A DNA stretch of 52,817 bases from an uncultured Alphaproteobacteria bacterium (GCA_964474635.1 CAYYTT010000005.1:1-52817); one strand, 5' to 3'. Positions 1 to 10,483 are shown, counted from the stretch's first letter. Numbers and translations are program-made. The notes: generated by a model not told the origin, from the letters alone.

Positions 1-1
1 C

Positions 2-439
2 AACAGCTCGCAAGGCACCGCCTATCCGGACTACGGGTATCTGGTCGCGAGCCTCGATCTCGATCCGGCCGATACGGACAAATATGTGACGGCAATGCGC
101 GAGGTTGCCGCCGAAATTCTCGAAGACGGGATCAGCGACGACGAGTTCCAGCGGGCCAAGCAGCCCATCGTCGAGGCCGTGGAAGAGCAGCTTGAGCGCA
201 ACCCCTATTGGATGGGCGCGGTCGTCTCCGTGGCCCAGTCCCAACCGGAAGAAATCGAGGCCGCTCGAACGCTCCTGGAAGACTATCAAAGCGTGACCAA
301 GGAGGAGGTCGAAGCGGTGGCACGCACCTATCTGACCAGCCCCGGCCTGCCCATTGTCATTCTGCCTCCGGAGAAAGACGCCGAAGAGGCGCAAAGCGGG
401 TCGGGCGATGACACGGGCGAGGACAAGGCCGAGAACTGA
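2..439 (+). CDS. C-terminal fragment of an M16 (pitrilysin/insulinase-like) zinc peptidase; the 5' end lies outside the window
   Basis: The frame is open from the window edge (nt 2) to TGA at 437-439. The tail ...RNPYWMGAVVSVAQSQPEEIEAARTLLEDYQSVTKEEVEAVARTYL... resembles the end of the second (non-catalytic) M16 domain. This is a family call from memory only. Confidence 0.45.
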   Translation, partial: NSSQGTAYPDYGYLVASLDLDPADTDKYVTAMREVAAEILEDGISDDEFQRAKQPIVEAVEEQLERNPYWMGAVVSVAQSQPEEIEAARTLLEDYQSVTKEEVEAVARTYLTSPGLPIVILPPEKDAEEAQSGSGDDTGEDKAEN

Positions 440-464
440 CCATCCGGCGGGAGGATCGCGCCCC

Positions 465-1133
465 ATGAAACTCTATGGCTATTGGCGGTCCTCCGCCGCC
501 TACCGGGTCCGCATCGCCCTTAATCTGAAGGGCCTTGCGGCCGAACCTGTCGTTGTCACCCTGGCCATGGAGGGGGGCGATAATCGCAAGCCGGACTATC
601 TTGCCCGCAATCCCTCGGGCAAGCTTCCGACCCTGGAAGTGGATGGTCTCACCCTGGTGCAGTCGCTCGCCATCCTGGAGTATCTGGAGGAAACCCACCC
701 CGAGCCGCCCCTTCTGCCCGGCACACCGGGCGAGCGGGCGGCCGTGCGGGCCTTCTGTCAGACCGTCGCGTCGGATACCCATCCCCTGCAAAACAGCCGG
801 GTGCTGAGCTATCTGAAGACACAAGGCGGCTTTTCCGATGGGGCCTTGGGCGCGTGGATCCATGAGTGGATCGGCAACGGCCTCGGCGTTCTTGAGGAGA
901 CCCTGGTCCGGCTGGATGGGCCGGGACCGTTCGCTTTTGGTAAGGCGGTCACCCTCGCGGATGTCTGCCTTGTACCCCAGGTCTACAATGCACGCCGTTT
1001 CGGCCTTGATATGGGCCGGTTCCCCCGTGTCGCGGCTGTCGAGGCGGCGGCGAACGCCTTGCCCGCCTTTGCGGCCGCCGCGCCCGAGGTCCAGGCTGAT
1101 GCCCCCAAGCCCGATGCGCCAAAGGAGGATTAA
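465..1133 (+). CDS. maiA: Maleylacetoacetate isomerase (zeta-class glutathione S-transferase)
   Basis: ATG at 465 is preceded by GGGAGGA (448-454). MKLYGYWRSSAAYRVRIALNLKG...NPSGKLPTLEVDG..LVQSLAILEYLEE is the GST-zeta/MaiA N-terminal signature. The ORF-track start at 354 gives an Arg-rich leader overlapping the upstream gene and was rejected. Confidence 0.85.
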   Translation: MKLYGYWRSSAAYRVRIALNLKGLAAEPVVVTLAMEGGDNRKPDYLARNPSGKLPTLEVDGLTLVQSLAILEYLEETHPEPPLLPGTPGERAAVRAFCQTVASDTHPLQNSRVLSYLKTQGGFSDGALGAWIHEWIGNGLGVLEETLVRLDGPGPFAFGKAVTLADVCLVPQVYNARRFGLDMGRFPRVAAVEAAANALPAFAAAAPEVQADAPKPDAPKED

Positions 1134-1136
1134 GCC

Positions 1137-1637
1137 GTGAGCGATCAGGACACCCCGCCCCGCATTGGGCGCCTTGTCGATATTGCTGTGCGGCCCGCGC
1201 GCCGGTCACCCATGGAACGGCGCGAACACGTGGCCATTGACGCATCCACGGGGCCCGAGGGCGATCACGCCGGCAAGCACCCGAAACGCCTCGTCACCGT
1301 TATGGCCGCCAAGGACTGGGAGGCCGCGCTGGATGATCTCGATCCCCGTCCGGATCTTCCCTGGACGGAGCGGCGCGCCAACCTGCTGGTGGACGAAGTG
1401 GAGCTGCCCAAGGTGGAGGGCGGCATCTTCCGCATCGGATCTGTCACCCTGGAAGTGAGCGGCGAAACGGTGCCCTGCTCGCGTATGGATGAGGCGAGCC
1501 CGGGCCTGCGCAAGGCCCTGGCCCAGGACTGGCGCGGGGGAGTGACCTGCACCGTGCAGGAGGCGGGCACGGTGCGTGTGGGCGATGCGGTCGAAATCCT
1601 CCATGCGCCCCCACGTCCGCATCGCAAACTGCCTTAA
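1137..1637 (+). CDS. MOSC domain-containing protein
   Basis: GTG start lies 3 nt after the maiA stop. The segment GSVTLEVSGETVPCSRMDE...GGVTCTVQEAGTVRVGDAVEI matches the MOSC beta-barrel with its conserved Cys. Confidence 0.7.
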   Translation: MSDQDTPPRIGRLVDIAVRPARRSPMERREHVAIDASTGPEGDHAGKHPKRLVTVMAAKDWEAALDDLDPRPDLPWTERRANLLVDEVELPKVEGGIFRIGSVTLEVSGETVPCSRMDEASPGLRKALAQDWRGGVTCTVQEAGTVRVGDAVEILHAPPRPHRKLP

Positions 1638-1667
1638 GGCGGAGGGGCGGGCGCCGCGGGGTGACCG

Positions 1668-2264
1668 CTATGTGCGGCGCAGGTCGTAGTAGTGCGTCCC
1701 GCCTTCATCCGTGTGGGTTTCGGTGATGTCAAAGCCTGCGTTGCGGAACAGCAGTCCGTAAGCGTCTGAACCCAGCGACCAGGATGTCCGGCCGGTCAGC
1801 ATGTCCGCCCAAGACCCAACCTGCCAGGGCGCTGAAACCAGCACCCGTCCGCCCGGCCGGATGGCCCGCGCCAGCGCGCCGATGAGATCGCCTTGGCGGT
1901 CTTTCGGCAGAAGAAAAATCAGACCCACCATGAGGGCTGCGTCGAAAATGCGTCCGAAAAAGGCGCTGCGTTCGGCCGGCTCACAGGCGATCTCCACGCC
2001 AGGAAAGCGTAGGCGGAAGGCTGCCACGAGGCTCGGCGCGGCGTCGATGGCCGAGACTTGAAGGCCCGTTTCGAGCAAGATCGCCGTCAGCGGCTCACCA
2101 TGCCCGGCCCCCACATCGACCACGCAGGCGCCCGTCGGCAGGGACGCCGCCCAGGCGCGGACGACGTCGGTGCCGGCTGGAGAGCGCACGGCCATGAATT
2201 GGTCCGCTGCGGCCTCATAACCGTTAGAGGCGTCTTCCGCCGTCACCATGCCCTCCGTACCCAA
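1668..2264 (-). CDS. Class I SAM-dependent methyltransferase
   Basis: Motif I is VVDVGAGHGEPLT, followed downstream by IRPGGRVLVSAP. The start is ambiguous: TTG at 2264 or ATG at 2249. The gene lies directly downstream of 2266-4095(-). Confidence 0.7.
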   Translation of the reverse strand: MGTEGMVTAEDASNGYEAAADQFMAVRSPAGTDVVRAWAASLPTGACVVDVGAGHGEPLTAILLETGLQVSAIDAAPSLVAAFRLRFPGVEIACEPAERSAFFGRIFDAALMVGLIFLLPKDRQGDLIGALARAIRPGGRVLVSAPWQVGSWADMLTGRTSWSLGSDAYGLLFRNAGFDITETHTDEGGTHYYDLRRT

Positions 2265-2265
2265 A

Positions 2266-4095
2266 TCAGCGGCGCCTCAGCCAGCCCGCGTATCCGGCAA
2301 TCAGCAGGCCCGAGAGGAGCCAGCCGAGCAGGCTGTGGATCCAGAACCAGACCTTGGGCAGCCAGCCGAAAATTCCATGTTCGATGAAGCTGTCCATCCG
2401 CTCCGCGGCGCTCGGCCCGGCGATCTGGCCCTCGGGCCGGGCCGGGGGGCCGGGCGGATCCTGGGGCATCCAGTAGCGCGCCTGGCCTAAATCGATCAGG
2501 GGCAGGACAAGGTCGAGGGAGTAGAGCCAGGGCTTGAAGGGCTCATAATGGCGCGGCACGGGCACTGTCTCGCCCTCCGGCGCGGGCGCCAAGTCAGCGC
2601 TGGCGGTCAGGGCCGTCACCTCCCGGGGCACCATGGGCACGGGCCGGGTCGCGCTGCCGAAGGTCAGTCCCCCAATAAAAATGACCAGCAGAGCCCAGAG
2701 CAGCAAAAGGCCCGGACGATAGCCATAGCCGCTTGTGACGGCATGGAGCCCCTTGCCAAAGCGCGCCAGGCTTTTCCAGGGCCAGGCCGCCTGGATGGGG
2801 CGGGCCTTCTCGCGCCGTTGCAGCACCACGCGGGCATCGTAGTCGAGCCCCATGGAGGACAGCACCGAGGCGGCCTGGGACCAGGGCTGTGGGCGGAACA
2901 GGGGGCGCCCCGTCGAACCCAGGGAGCGTTGCAGCCAGGGCACCCGCATGCGCCAGCTCACCGGCGCCCCATCGCCAAAACGGCCATAGGTGAAACCGTC
3001 CAGATGAATGCTGTGGGGCAGGGCGGGCCAGCAGCCCGCATCGTCCATCAGGGCGCCCACGCTTGCCCCTGTCATGTCCACTTCGCCCTCGATGCGGCTG
3101 TGCTGGCGCAACTGGAAACCGCCGCCGATCTGCGCGCGGGAGAACACCACCTTGCCGCGCGCCAGGAAGCCATCCTTCAAGAACACATCCGAGGCGATCA
3201 TCGCGCCGTCGCAGTCGAGCGCCACGCCGCCGTGGTTTTGAAAGGTGCCTTTAAAGCAGGAAAACTGTCCGCCAACCCGCGCGGCCGTGAAATTGACCTC
3301 GCCCTGGGCCTCAAAACCGTCATCGATGAAGACATCAAGGCCGATCTCGGCAGCATTGGCATAAAGCGCGAGGCCGCCGGGATTATAAAAGAGCCCCCCG
3401 ACGCAGGAGAGTTGCCCATCGATGTGGGCCCGGACGAAATAGGCCGGTCCGTAGGCGGCAAAGCCGTGGCGCAGGAAAACGCTGCCGCCGACTTTCGCGG
3501 CCGTGCACTGAAGCACCATGCCGCCGTTTTCGCTGAGGCTTTTTTGTTCCGGGTTGAGCGGAGAACCCTGCAGGACCAAATGTCCGTCGATTTGCGCGCT
3601 GAGCAGGTTGATCCACTCGGTCTGGGGCATGCGGCGGGCACGCAAGGCGCCCTGGATATGCACATGCGCCCCGTCGATGAAAGGGATCACGCTGCGGTCG
3701 AGGGTGAGGGCGCGCAAGGTCGCATCGCGGATCACAAGACCCTTTTCGAATTCGGTGTCGACCAGGGCAATCGGCCGATCGTAGCGCACGCCCTCAAGGT
3801 CGAGGGCGCCGATAATCCGGGCATGGCGGATCTGGATGCCCTTGGACAGGCTCGGGCCGCCGGACTGTTCGTCCATGAAGGCGCGGATGATCTCGGCGCG
3901 CAGGGCCGGCCGTTTCAGATCGGCCCCTTGGGCCTGGTTGGGGGCCGGGTCGGCGGGGTCCCCCAAACCCAGACCCGGGGTCTGCGGCGCGGACCGGCTT
4001 ATCCAGTCGCGGTAATAGTCAGGCCCCCACAGCGCGCTGCGGGCCATGGCCTCGACGAAGCTCTGTTCCGCCGGCGTCAAGGGTGCCTTCAGCAT
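2266..4095 (-). CDS. Uncharacterised membrane protein with beta-solenoid-type internal repeats (resembles the family auto-annotated 'membrane-associated oxidoreductase')
   Basis: ATG at 4095 has an AGGGGAA RBS. Three ~49-aa tandem units span nt ~3078-3519. There is a ...LDGFTYGRF... segment and C-terminal TM helices (GYGYRPGLLLLWALLVIFIGGL; WIHSLLGWLLSGLLIAGYAGW). The antisense ORF 2548-4323(+) is Arg/Gly-rich noise. Confidence 0.65.
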   Translation of the reverse strand: MLKAPLTPAEQSFVEAMARSALWGPDYYRDWISRSAPQTPGLGLGDPADPAPNQAQGADLKRPALRAEIIRAFMDEQSGGPSLSKGIQIRHARIIGALDLEGVRYDRPIALVDTEFEKGLVIRDATLRALTLDRSVIPFIDGAHVHIQGALRARRMPQTEWINLLSAQIDGHLVLQGSPLNPEQKSLSENGGMVLQCTAAKVGGSVFLRHGFAAYGPAYFVRAHIDGQLSCVGGLFYNPGGLALYANAAEIGLDVFIDDGFEAQGEVNFTAARVGGQFSCFKGTFQNHGGVALDCDGAMIASDVFLKDGFLARGKVVFSRAQIGGGFQLRQHSRIEGEVDMTGASVGALMDDAGCWPALPHSIHLDGFTYGRFGDGAPVSWRMRVPWLQRSLGSTGRPLFRPQPWSQAASVLSSMGLDYDARVVLQRREKARPIQAAWPWKSLARFGKGLHAVTSGYGYRPGLLLLWALLVIFIGGLTFGSATRPVPMVPREVTALTASADLAPAPEGETVPVPRHYEPFKPWLYSLDLVLPLIDLGQARYWMPQDPPGPPARPEGQIAGPSAAERMDSFIEHGIFGWLPKVWFWIHSLLGWLLSGLLIAGYAGWLRRR

Positions 4096-4436
4096 TGTCG
4101 CGTTCCCCTGCTTGGATCACCCCGCACCGGCGCGGCGCGGCATTCGCCATGGAGTGTGGACATGGGATGCCTACCAGGGGCCTTCCACACACTGTTTTTC
4201 CGCCCAAGACGCAACCCAATCCTGACCACCCTGGGGCCAGTGATCGCGCCGCGCTACCCGATCGTCAAGACGGAGCACCTGGCCGAAGGATGGGCCAGTG
4301 CGGTGGTGATTTACAAAATGTGATCCGTCCCACGCGTGAAGATGGCAAAGGTCGGGTAAAACGCCCAGGGCGGCGTCCGGCCGCAAAGGCCGCGATCGGC
4401 CGCCCCACCAGAACACGTTCAGGAGAGGTACCGCCC

Positions 4437-6737
4437 ATGTCCGATGATGCCCTCGACGAAATGGCCCTCGAGTACCACCGCTTTCCGACCCCCGGAAAAC
4501 TGCGCATTGAGCCGACCAAGCGCATGGTCAATCAGCGCGACCTGGCGCTCGCCTATTCGCCGGGCGTGGCGGCGGCCTGCCGCTTGATCAAGGCCGATGA
4601 GAACGGCGCCGCTGAAGTGACCGCGCGGGGCAATCTGGTCGCCGTGATCACGAATGGGACAGCGGTTCTGGGTCTTGGGAACATCGGTCCGCTTGCCTCC
4701 AAGCCGGTCATGGAGGGCAAGGCGGTCCTGTTCAAGAAATTCGCCGGCATCGACTGCTTCGACATCGAGGTCGACGAACCGGACGCGGAGCGCATGGCGG
4801 ATCTGGTGGCCCGATTGGAGCCCACCTTCGGCGCGGTCAATCTTGAGGACATCAAGGCCCCGGAATGTTTTGAGGTGGAGCGGCTATGCCAGGAGCGCAT
4901 GGCGATCCCGGTTTTCCATGACGATCAGCATGGCACGGCCATTGTCGTTGCCGCCGCGATCCTGAACGGCCTCGCCATTGCCGGCAAACGGATCGAAAAG
5001 GTCACCATCACCTGCGCCGGTGCGGGGGCCGCCGCGCTTGCCTGCCTCAATGTGCTGGTCAGCCTCGGCGCAAAGCGCGAGAACATCTTTGTGAGCGATG
5101 TGGACGGGGTGGTCTATGACGGCCGGCCCATCGGCATGGACCCCTACAAGGCGACCTTTGCCCGCCAGACCGACAAGCGGTCCCTGGAGGAGACTTTCGA
5201 GCGGGCCGACATCTTCCTTGGTTTGTCAGCCCCCAATATTGTGCGGCCCGAGTGGCTCAAGCGCATGGCCAAGAATCCGATCATCATGGCGTTGGCCAAT
5301 CCGGACCCGGAAATTCGGCCCGATCTCGTCAAGGAGGTTCGCCCCGATGCCATCATGGCGACCGGGCGGTCCGATTATCCCAACCAGGTCAACAATGTTC
5401 TGTGCTTCCCGTTTATCTTCCGGGGTGCCCTTGATGTGGGTGCGACGACCATCAACGACGCCATGAAACAGGCCTGTGTGAAGGCCATCGCGGATCTGGC
5501 CAAGGCCGAACCCTCCGATGTGGTCGCCAGAGCCTATAAGGGGCATACGCTGCGTTTCGGGCGTGAATACATCCTGCCCAAGCCTTTCGATCCCCGGCTG
5601 ATCGAGTGGGTCGCCCCGGCGGTCGCCAAAGCGGCCATGGAGACGGGGGTTGCCCGGCGGCCCATCCCGGACCTTGAGGCCTATCGCCGCCGCCTGACCA
5701 ACTTCGTCTACCGTTCTGGCCAGGTTATGGAGCCGGTCTTCGTGGCCGCGCGCAGCAATCCCATGCGCGTGGTCTATGCCGAAGGGGAGGATCCGCGTGT
5801 CCTGCGGGCCGCCCAGATCGCCCTCGACGACGGCATTGCCGAACCGATCCTGATCGGGCGCCAGGATGTCATGGCACAGACCATTACGGAACTCGGCCTG
5901 CGCCTCAAGCTCGGGGAGGATGTGGCGTTCGTCGATCCCGGCATCAATCCTAAGGCGGAAGACTATGCCGAACTTTATCTTGCCCGGGCGCACAGGCGCG
6001 GTGTGACGCCGGATATGGCACGCAACTTCATTGCCACCCGGGGCACGGTGCTCGGCGCGGCCATGGTGCGGGCCGGCGATGCGGACACCCTGCTGTGCGG
6101 GGCGGCGGATCGGTATCGCAGCCATCTGGACAATTTGCGCGACATCATCGGGCTTGCCGAGGGGGTCAACAGCCCGGCGGCTCTGCGCCTTGTCATTTTG
6201 AAGGACCTGTTTTTCTTCATTGCCGACACCAATGTGCAGGTCACGCCGACGGCTGAGGATATTGCGGACACGGCCGAGCTGGCGGCCCAGGAAGTGCGTC
6301 GCTTCGGGGTCGTGCCCCGGGTTGCCTTGTGCTCGCATTCGAGTTTCGGGGCATCGGATGCGCCTTCGGCCGAGAAAATGCGTCACGCCCTCGACATCTT
6401 GCGCGCGCGCGGAGTGGGCTTTGAGGTCGATGGGGAAATGCGGGCAAACCTGGCGATCATGCCGGAGGTGCGCGATCAGGTGCTGTCCGGCAGTACACTG
6501 ACGGGCGCGGCCAATCTGCTCATTATGCCTGATCTCGATTCGGCCAATATCGCCTACAATCTCAGTTGGTCGGCCAATGACGGGCTGAATATCGGGCCGA
6601 TCCTGGTGGGCAGGGCCCGCCCCGTCCTTGTGCTGACCAATTCGTTCACGTTCCGCGTAATCGTTAACATGACAGCCATCGCGGCGGCCTACGGCCATCA
6701 CGTCTTGCGCGACGGCCCGCCCAGTGTCGGAGCCTGA
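4437..6737 (+). CDS. maeB: NADP-dependent malic enzyme with C-terminal phosphate-acetyltransferase-like domain
   Basis: ATG at 4437 follows AGGAGAGG (4421-4428). [45 protein letters not shown], then [23 protein letters not shown], and a PTA-like C-terminal half (~330 aa). The product is 766 aa, the expected size class. The ORF-track start at 4083 was rejected. Confidence 0.9.
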   Translation: MSDDALDEMALEYHRFPTPGKLRIEPTKRMVNQRDLALAYSPGVAAACRLIKADENGAAEVTARGNLVAVITNGTAVLGLGNIGPLASKPVMEGKAVLFKKFAGIDCFDIEVDEPDAERMADLVARLEPTFGAVNLEDIKAPECFEVERLCQERMAIPVFHDDQHGTAIVVAAAILNGLAIAGKRIEKVTITCAGAGAAALACLNVLVSLGAKRENIFVSDVDGVVYDGRPIGMDPYKATFARQTDKRSLEETFERADIFLGLSAPNIVRPEWLKRMAKNPIIMALANPDPEIRPDLVKEVRPDAIMATGRSDYPNQVNNVLCFPFIFRGALDVGATTINDAMKQACVKAIADLAKAEPSDVVARAYKGHTLRFGREYILPKPFDPRLIEWVAPAVAKAAMETGVARRPIPDLEAYRRRLTNFVYRSGQVMEPVFVAARSNPMRVVYAEGEDPRVLRAAQIALDDGIAEPILIGRQDVMAQTITELGLRLKLGEDVAFVDPGINPKAEDYAELYLARAHRRGVTPDMARNFIATRGTVLGAAMVRAGDADTLLCGAADRYRSHLDNLRDIIGLAEGVNSPAALRLVILKDLFFFIADTNVQVTPTAEDIADTAELAAQEVRRFGVVPRVALCSHSSFGASDAPSAEKMRHALDILRARGVGFEVDGEMRANLAIMPEVRDQVLSGSTLTGAANLLIMPDLDSANIAYNLSWSANDGLNIGPILVGRARPVLVLTNSFTFRVIVNMTAIAAAYGHHVLRDGPPSVGA

Positions 6738-6753
6738 GCGCCCGCGCCGCGCC

Positions 6754-9501
6754 TTACTCGGCGCCCACGATGGGAGCCTCCATTAAGCGTGTCTTTGTGG
6801 CGGCGCACAGGGAGAGACGCTCCAGGGTCTGGGTAAGCCGGCGTTGATAGCCGGGCATCAGTTCGGCGTTCTCGGTGAAGAACGTCTCGATTTCGCTTGC
6901 ACGGGCGGGATCGCAAAAGCTGTCTGGCAGTCCGGGCAGGAACCGGCGCCACTGGGCCGGAATCGTCTCCGTGACGGCGGCAATATTGTCCTTCAGCCAT
7001 GTCCAGGTGGTCTCGCGGGTCTCAGCGCCCCGCATCAGGCCCTCAATGATGGAAAAGGCCTCCCGCGAGCCGAGTTGTCCGGACAGGGCGTAATCGAGCA
7101 TTTCAGCCGCCAGGTCCGCGTCACGCACGGCGCCAAGGGCCGCCGCGCTCGCCCCGTCAAAGCGTGGATCGTCGATGGTCTCCCGCGCTTCCAAAAGGGC
7201 GTCCACGAACGGGCCTTTCAGGTCCTGGACCGCCACGACAAGGGCGGTGCGGTACTGGTCCGCCGACAGGGCGTTTGGCTCGCGTTCGCCGGTCACACCG
7301 ACAAACCGCACGGCCGCGTCGGCAAGCCTGGCCCGGATCGCCTCGTCCTCGGCTGTCAGGGCCAGGAAGGTTTCCAGTGACGTGGAGAGCAGACCGGCCT
7401 CGGCGGAGGTGTCGCCCTCAAGGGCGGCAAGGCGCGGTCCGTAGAGGGCCCCGGCGGTTTCCTTGAGCGGGCCCGCGCCCGGCGTGCCGTCAAGGATATC
7501 GATGTAGCGGTTCCAACTGCGCAAGGGGGCTGTTGCCACCTGGCGAACGGGCGCGGCGGCGGCCTGGGTCAGAACCGTCTTGGTGGCCTCCGGGCCCACC
7601 CGGCCGGCCTCATAGCCCGCGACGGCGCTGTCGACGGCCGTGAGCTGTTCGGCCGGGCTCAGGGCCGCGAAGGCTCCGCCCAGGCCGGCCCACCCCTCCG
7701 GGGACAGAGCATAGCGGTAATAGCCCGTCCCGTCCGCATTGGGCATGATCCAGGCCGGACAGGTGCCCGTCTCGAGCGGCAGGCTGACAGTCTTTTCCTC
7801 CATGATGGTGCAGGTGCGCCGCTGGTCTTCTTCTCCCGGATGTCCAAGGCACAGGGGAACGGTCCAGCGCGCGGCGTCGTCGACGGCCGAACCCAGGGGG
7901 CGGTACCGGCTCTGGGTCAGGGTCACGCTGGGCACGTCGCCGTCGCAGTCGAGGGCCGTCTCGATGACGGGCACGCCCTTTTGCTCCACGAAGCTGCGGA
8001 AGGCCTTGGTCAGCGCGGGTTCGCCCGTCACGGTCCCGATGGTTTCGAAGAAGGCATCGGAGTCGGCGGCACCGTCCTCATGCGTCCTGATGTAATCGCC
8101 CAGTGCCTTGCGGAACGCCTCGACCCCGAAGGCGGTTTCCACCATGCGGATGATGGCCATGCCCTTCGAATACGGAATGGCGGTATAGGCGTTGCGGATA
8201 TCTTCGTTGACACTGATCGGCTCACGGACGGCACGCACGCTCGACAGGGCGTCCTGGCGCATGGCGCTCAAGGCGCGGGAGGTGGCGTCGAGCCCGTGCC
8301 CGCCCTCCGGCTCGTATTGTTCGAGCACAAGCGGCGTGCCCCAGGTGGCAAAGCCTTCTTTGAGCCAAAGATCGTCCCACCAGGGCGGCGTGACGAGGTT
8401 TCCGAACCACATATGGGCCAGTTCGTGGGCATGCAGACCGAACAGGCCGCGGCGCACCCCCGGAGGAGCGTTCTCACCCACAAGAATGCGCTCCTCCCGA
8501 TAGGTGATCGCGCCGGCCAGCTCCGTGGCGCCGCTGGGCCATTGCGGCGCGGCGACGATGTCGAGCTTCGCGTAGGGATAGGGCACGCCCAGCGACCGCT
8601 CGAAGATCTCCACGAAGTCCTGGGTGATATCGAGGATCAATTTGAGTTCCTCGCCCCGGCCCCGCCGTGCAAAGCCGCGCAAGGGGATGCTCCGCTCCCG
8701 GATCTCGTTGGGCGGCAGGACCGAATGGTCGACCCGGTCGAAGGGCCCAACGGCGAGCGAAAGCAAAAAGCTCGACAGGGGCCGGGTGGGCGCGAAATAG
8801 ACCCACATCGTGCCGTCCCCGGCCGGCTCCCGGGAGCGCTCGGGCGTGTTGGCGATGGCCTCATAGCCTTCGGGAATCTTCAGGCTGACCGTATAGGGCG
8901 CTTTCAGGCCCGGTTCATCGAACCCGGGCAGGAATTTGCGCGCCTGGATCGATTCCGACTTGGCGAGAGCATAGGCATCGCCCTGCTCCTCGACCCGGAA
9001 AAGGCCCGCCAGATTGGCGTCGAAGGGCGCGGTGTAGACAAGGGTTGCCTTGACCGTCCCGGCGGGGATCGTTTCGCCGAAACCGAGCCAGGAGACACCG
9101 GAGGGCAGCACCTGCGCATAGGCGGCGGGGCGGGCCGGCACGCCTTCGGCCTCCACCAGGGCCTGGGTGATGGTCATGCCATTGCCGTGGAGCCAGATGC
9201 CCTCGCGTGCACTGTCCATCCGGATCGTGATGGTCACGGACCCCGAGAAGGTCTCCTCGCGCGGATCGAGTGTAAGAGCAAGGTCATAGGCGGTGGGCGC
9301 AACGCCGGCTGGGAGGCGGCCCTTCGGCGCCGCGGCGGCCAGGGCCGCGAGGTCAAGCGTCGGGGCTTCCCGGGTCACCGTGGCTTTTGGGTCGGCCGCC
9401 TCGTCTTCCTGGCTTTTGGGGGCTGGCTCGCAGGCCAAAAGGGTCAGTGCGGAGGCGGCGGCGAGGAGGAAAGGTCTGAAATCGGATGGCAAGCAGCGCA
9501 T
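6754..9501 (-). CDS. M1-family zinc aminopeptidase (aminopeptidase N-like), probable lipoprotein
   Basis: HELAHMWFGNLVTPPWWDDLWLKEGFA gives HExxH plus the E 18 residues on, and there is an upstream G(A/x)TEL-type exopeptidase motif (GATELAG). The start was chosen at ATG 9501 (MRCLPSDFRPFLLAAASALTLLACEP, a lipobox-like LLAC). Confidence 0.85.
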   Translation of the reverse strand: MRCLPSDFRPFLLAAASALTLLACEPAPKSQEDEAADPKATVTREAPTLDLAALAAAAPKGRLPAGVAPTAYDLALTLDPREETFSGSVTITIRMDSAREGIWLHGNGMTITQALVEAEGVPARPAAYAQVLPSGVSWLGFGETIPAGTVKATLVYTAPFDANLAGLFRVEEQGDAYALAKSESIQARKFLPGFDEPGLKAPYTVSLKIPEGYEAIANTPERSREPAGDGTMWVYFAPTRPLSSFLLSLAVGPFDRVDHSVLPPNEIRERSIPLRGFARRGRGEELKLILDITQDFVEIFERSLGVPYPYAKLDIVAAPQWPSGATELAGAITYREERILVGENAPPGVRRGLFGLHAHELAHMWFGNLVTPPWWDDLWLKEGFATWGTPLVLEQYEPEGGHGLDATSRALSAMRQDALSSVRAVREPISVNEDIRNAYTAIPYSKGMAIIRMVETAFGVEAFRKALGDYIRTHEDGAADSDAFFETIGTVTGEPALTKAFRSFVEQKGVPVIETALDCDGDVPSVTLTQSRYRPLGSAVDDAARWTVPLCLGHPGEEDQRRTCTIMEEKTVSLPLETGTCPAWIMPNADGTGYYRYALSPEGWAGLGGAFAALSPAEQLTAVDSAVAGYEAGRVGPEATKTVLTQAAAAPVRQVATAPLRSWNRYIDILDGTPGAGPLKETAGALYGPRLAALEGDTSAEAGLLSTSLETFLALTAEDEAIRARLADAAVRFVGVTGEREPNALSADQYRTALVVAVQDLKGPFVDALLEARETIDDPRFDGASAAALGAVRDADLAAEMLDYALSGQLGSREAFSIIEGLMRGAETRETTWTWLKDNIAAVTETIPAQWRRFLPGLPDSFCDPARASEIETFFTENAELMPGYQRRLTQTLERLSLCAATKTRLMEAPIVGAE

Positions 9502-9708
9502 GGTCTGGTCCTTTCGGCGTGCAGGGTCCTGCGAATTGCCGCCATCGGACCATGGGGCCACAGCCCGTGGCAAGGCCGCTGCCCCCATTGCCAAGGCCTC
9601 AGGGGCAGGGGGGGCCCGTAAAGCGCCCGTTCACGTCCATGCGCGAGATTTGGAAGACGCGTCATGGACCTGTGACCATGGCCGCAAGACTCTCGAAAGG
9701 ATCACGCC

Positions 9709-10440
9709 ATGTCCACGGACGCGGAGGCTCCAGAATATGTGATCGCCTCGACACCTCGGAGCGGCAGTTCTTTGTTGGGCGCGCTTCTGACCCAATCGGG
9801 CCTGCTTGGGCACCCCGAGGAATACCTGAACCAGAGTGTTCACGTGCCGCAACTGGCCCGCAAATTCGGCCTGGTCGGCGCCGGAGGGCAGCTTGATCTT
9901 GAGGCCTATGTGGATGTGTTGCGGACCAAAACGGCCACGCCGAACGGCGCTTTCGGGCTCAAAACCCACAACAGCCACATTGAGCCGCTCAAGGCCCTGC
10001 CGGCGATCCAGCGCCTTTTGGCGCGCAGTCGCTTCATTTGGATCACCCGCGAAGACATCGTGGCCCGGGCGGTCTCCTTTTACATTGCGGGGGTCACCAA
10101 ACAGTGGAGCTCGCTCGACACGGCGCGGGCCGCCGTTCCGCCCTTCGATGCCAAGGCCATCGGCACCTTGCTGGCCGAGATCCAGCGACAAAACGCCGGG
10201 TGGGAGCGGTTTTTCGCCATCAACGACGTGCCCATGACGGCGGTGACCTATGAGGCGCTCCAGGCGGATCCGGCCGAGGTCAACGCGCGCCTTTCGGCGT
10301 TTTTGGAGATCGATCTGCCGCCCTTCGTGCCCTTGGAAGAAGCCGGGATCGAGCGCCAGTCGACGAAACTGAACGCTGACTACATCCAGCGGTTTCGAGA
10401 CATCCACGCCATCGCCGAACAGTTTCGCCAGGCCGCCTAG
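9709..10440 (+). CDS. Stf0-family sulfotransferase
   Basis: The PAPS-binding 5'-PSB-like motif is IASTPRSGSSLLGALL. RFIWITREDIVARAVSFYIAGVTKQW and ...VTYEALQADP... match the Stf0 (trehalose 2-sulfotransferase) family pattern. An AAAGGA RBS lies ~9 nt upstream. Confidence 0.7.
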   Translation: MSTDAEAPEYVIASTPRSGSSLLGALLTQSGLLGHPEEYLNQSVHVPQLARKFGLVGAGGQLDLEAYVDVLRTKTATPNGAFGLKTHNSHIEPLKALPAIQRLLARSRFIWITREDIVARAVSFYIAGVTKQWSSLDTARAAVPPFDAKAIGTLLAEIQRQNAGWERFFAINDVPMTAVTYEALQADPAEVNARLSAFLEIDLPPFVPLEEAGIERQSTKLNADYIQRFRDIHAIAEQFRQAA

Positions 10441-10483
10441 TGTTTCGAATCTGACGTTTCGAACCACTAGGTTTTTTGTTGAT

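Noticed and set aside
2548-4323. Very long ORFs antisense to, or overlapping, called genes. Examples: 2548-4323(+), 5226-6701(-), 7840-9621(+), 18240-19871(-), 20185-21456(+), 21613-23331(+), 24516-25712(-), 27507-28643(-), 30779-31939(-), 36432-37616(-), 42698-46087(+), 46684-47922(+).
   Set aside because: Their translations are Arg/Gly/Ala/Pro-rich with no recognisable motifs, as expected for stop-poor alternative frames in ~65% GC DNA. In every case the opposite or alternative frame carries clear family signatures.
10441-10470. GTTTCGAATCTGACGTTTCGAACCA considered as a tRNA 3' fragment or att site, because it resembles the T-arm GGTTCGAATCC.
   Set aside because: There are two mismatches to the T-loop consensus, no acceptor, D or anticodon arms can be drawn, and there is no integrase nearby. 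It is treated only as a short direct repeat.
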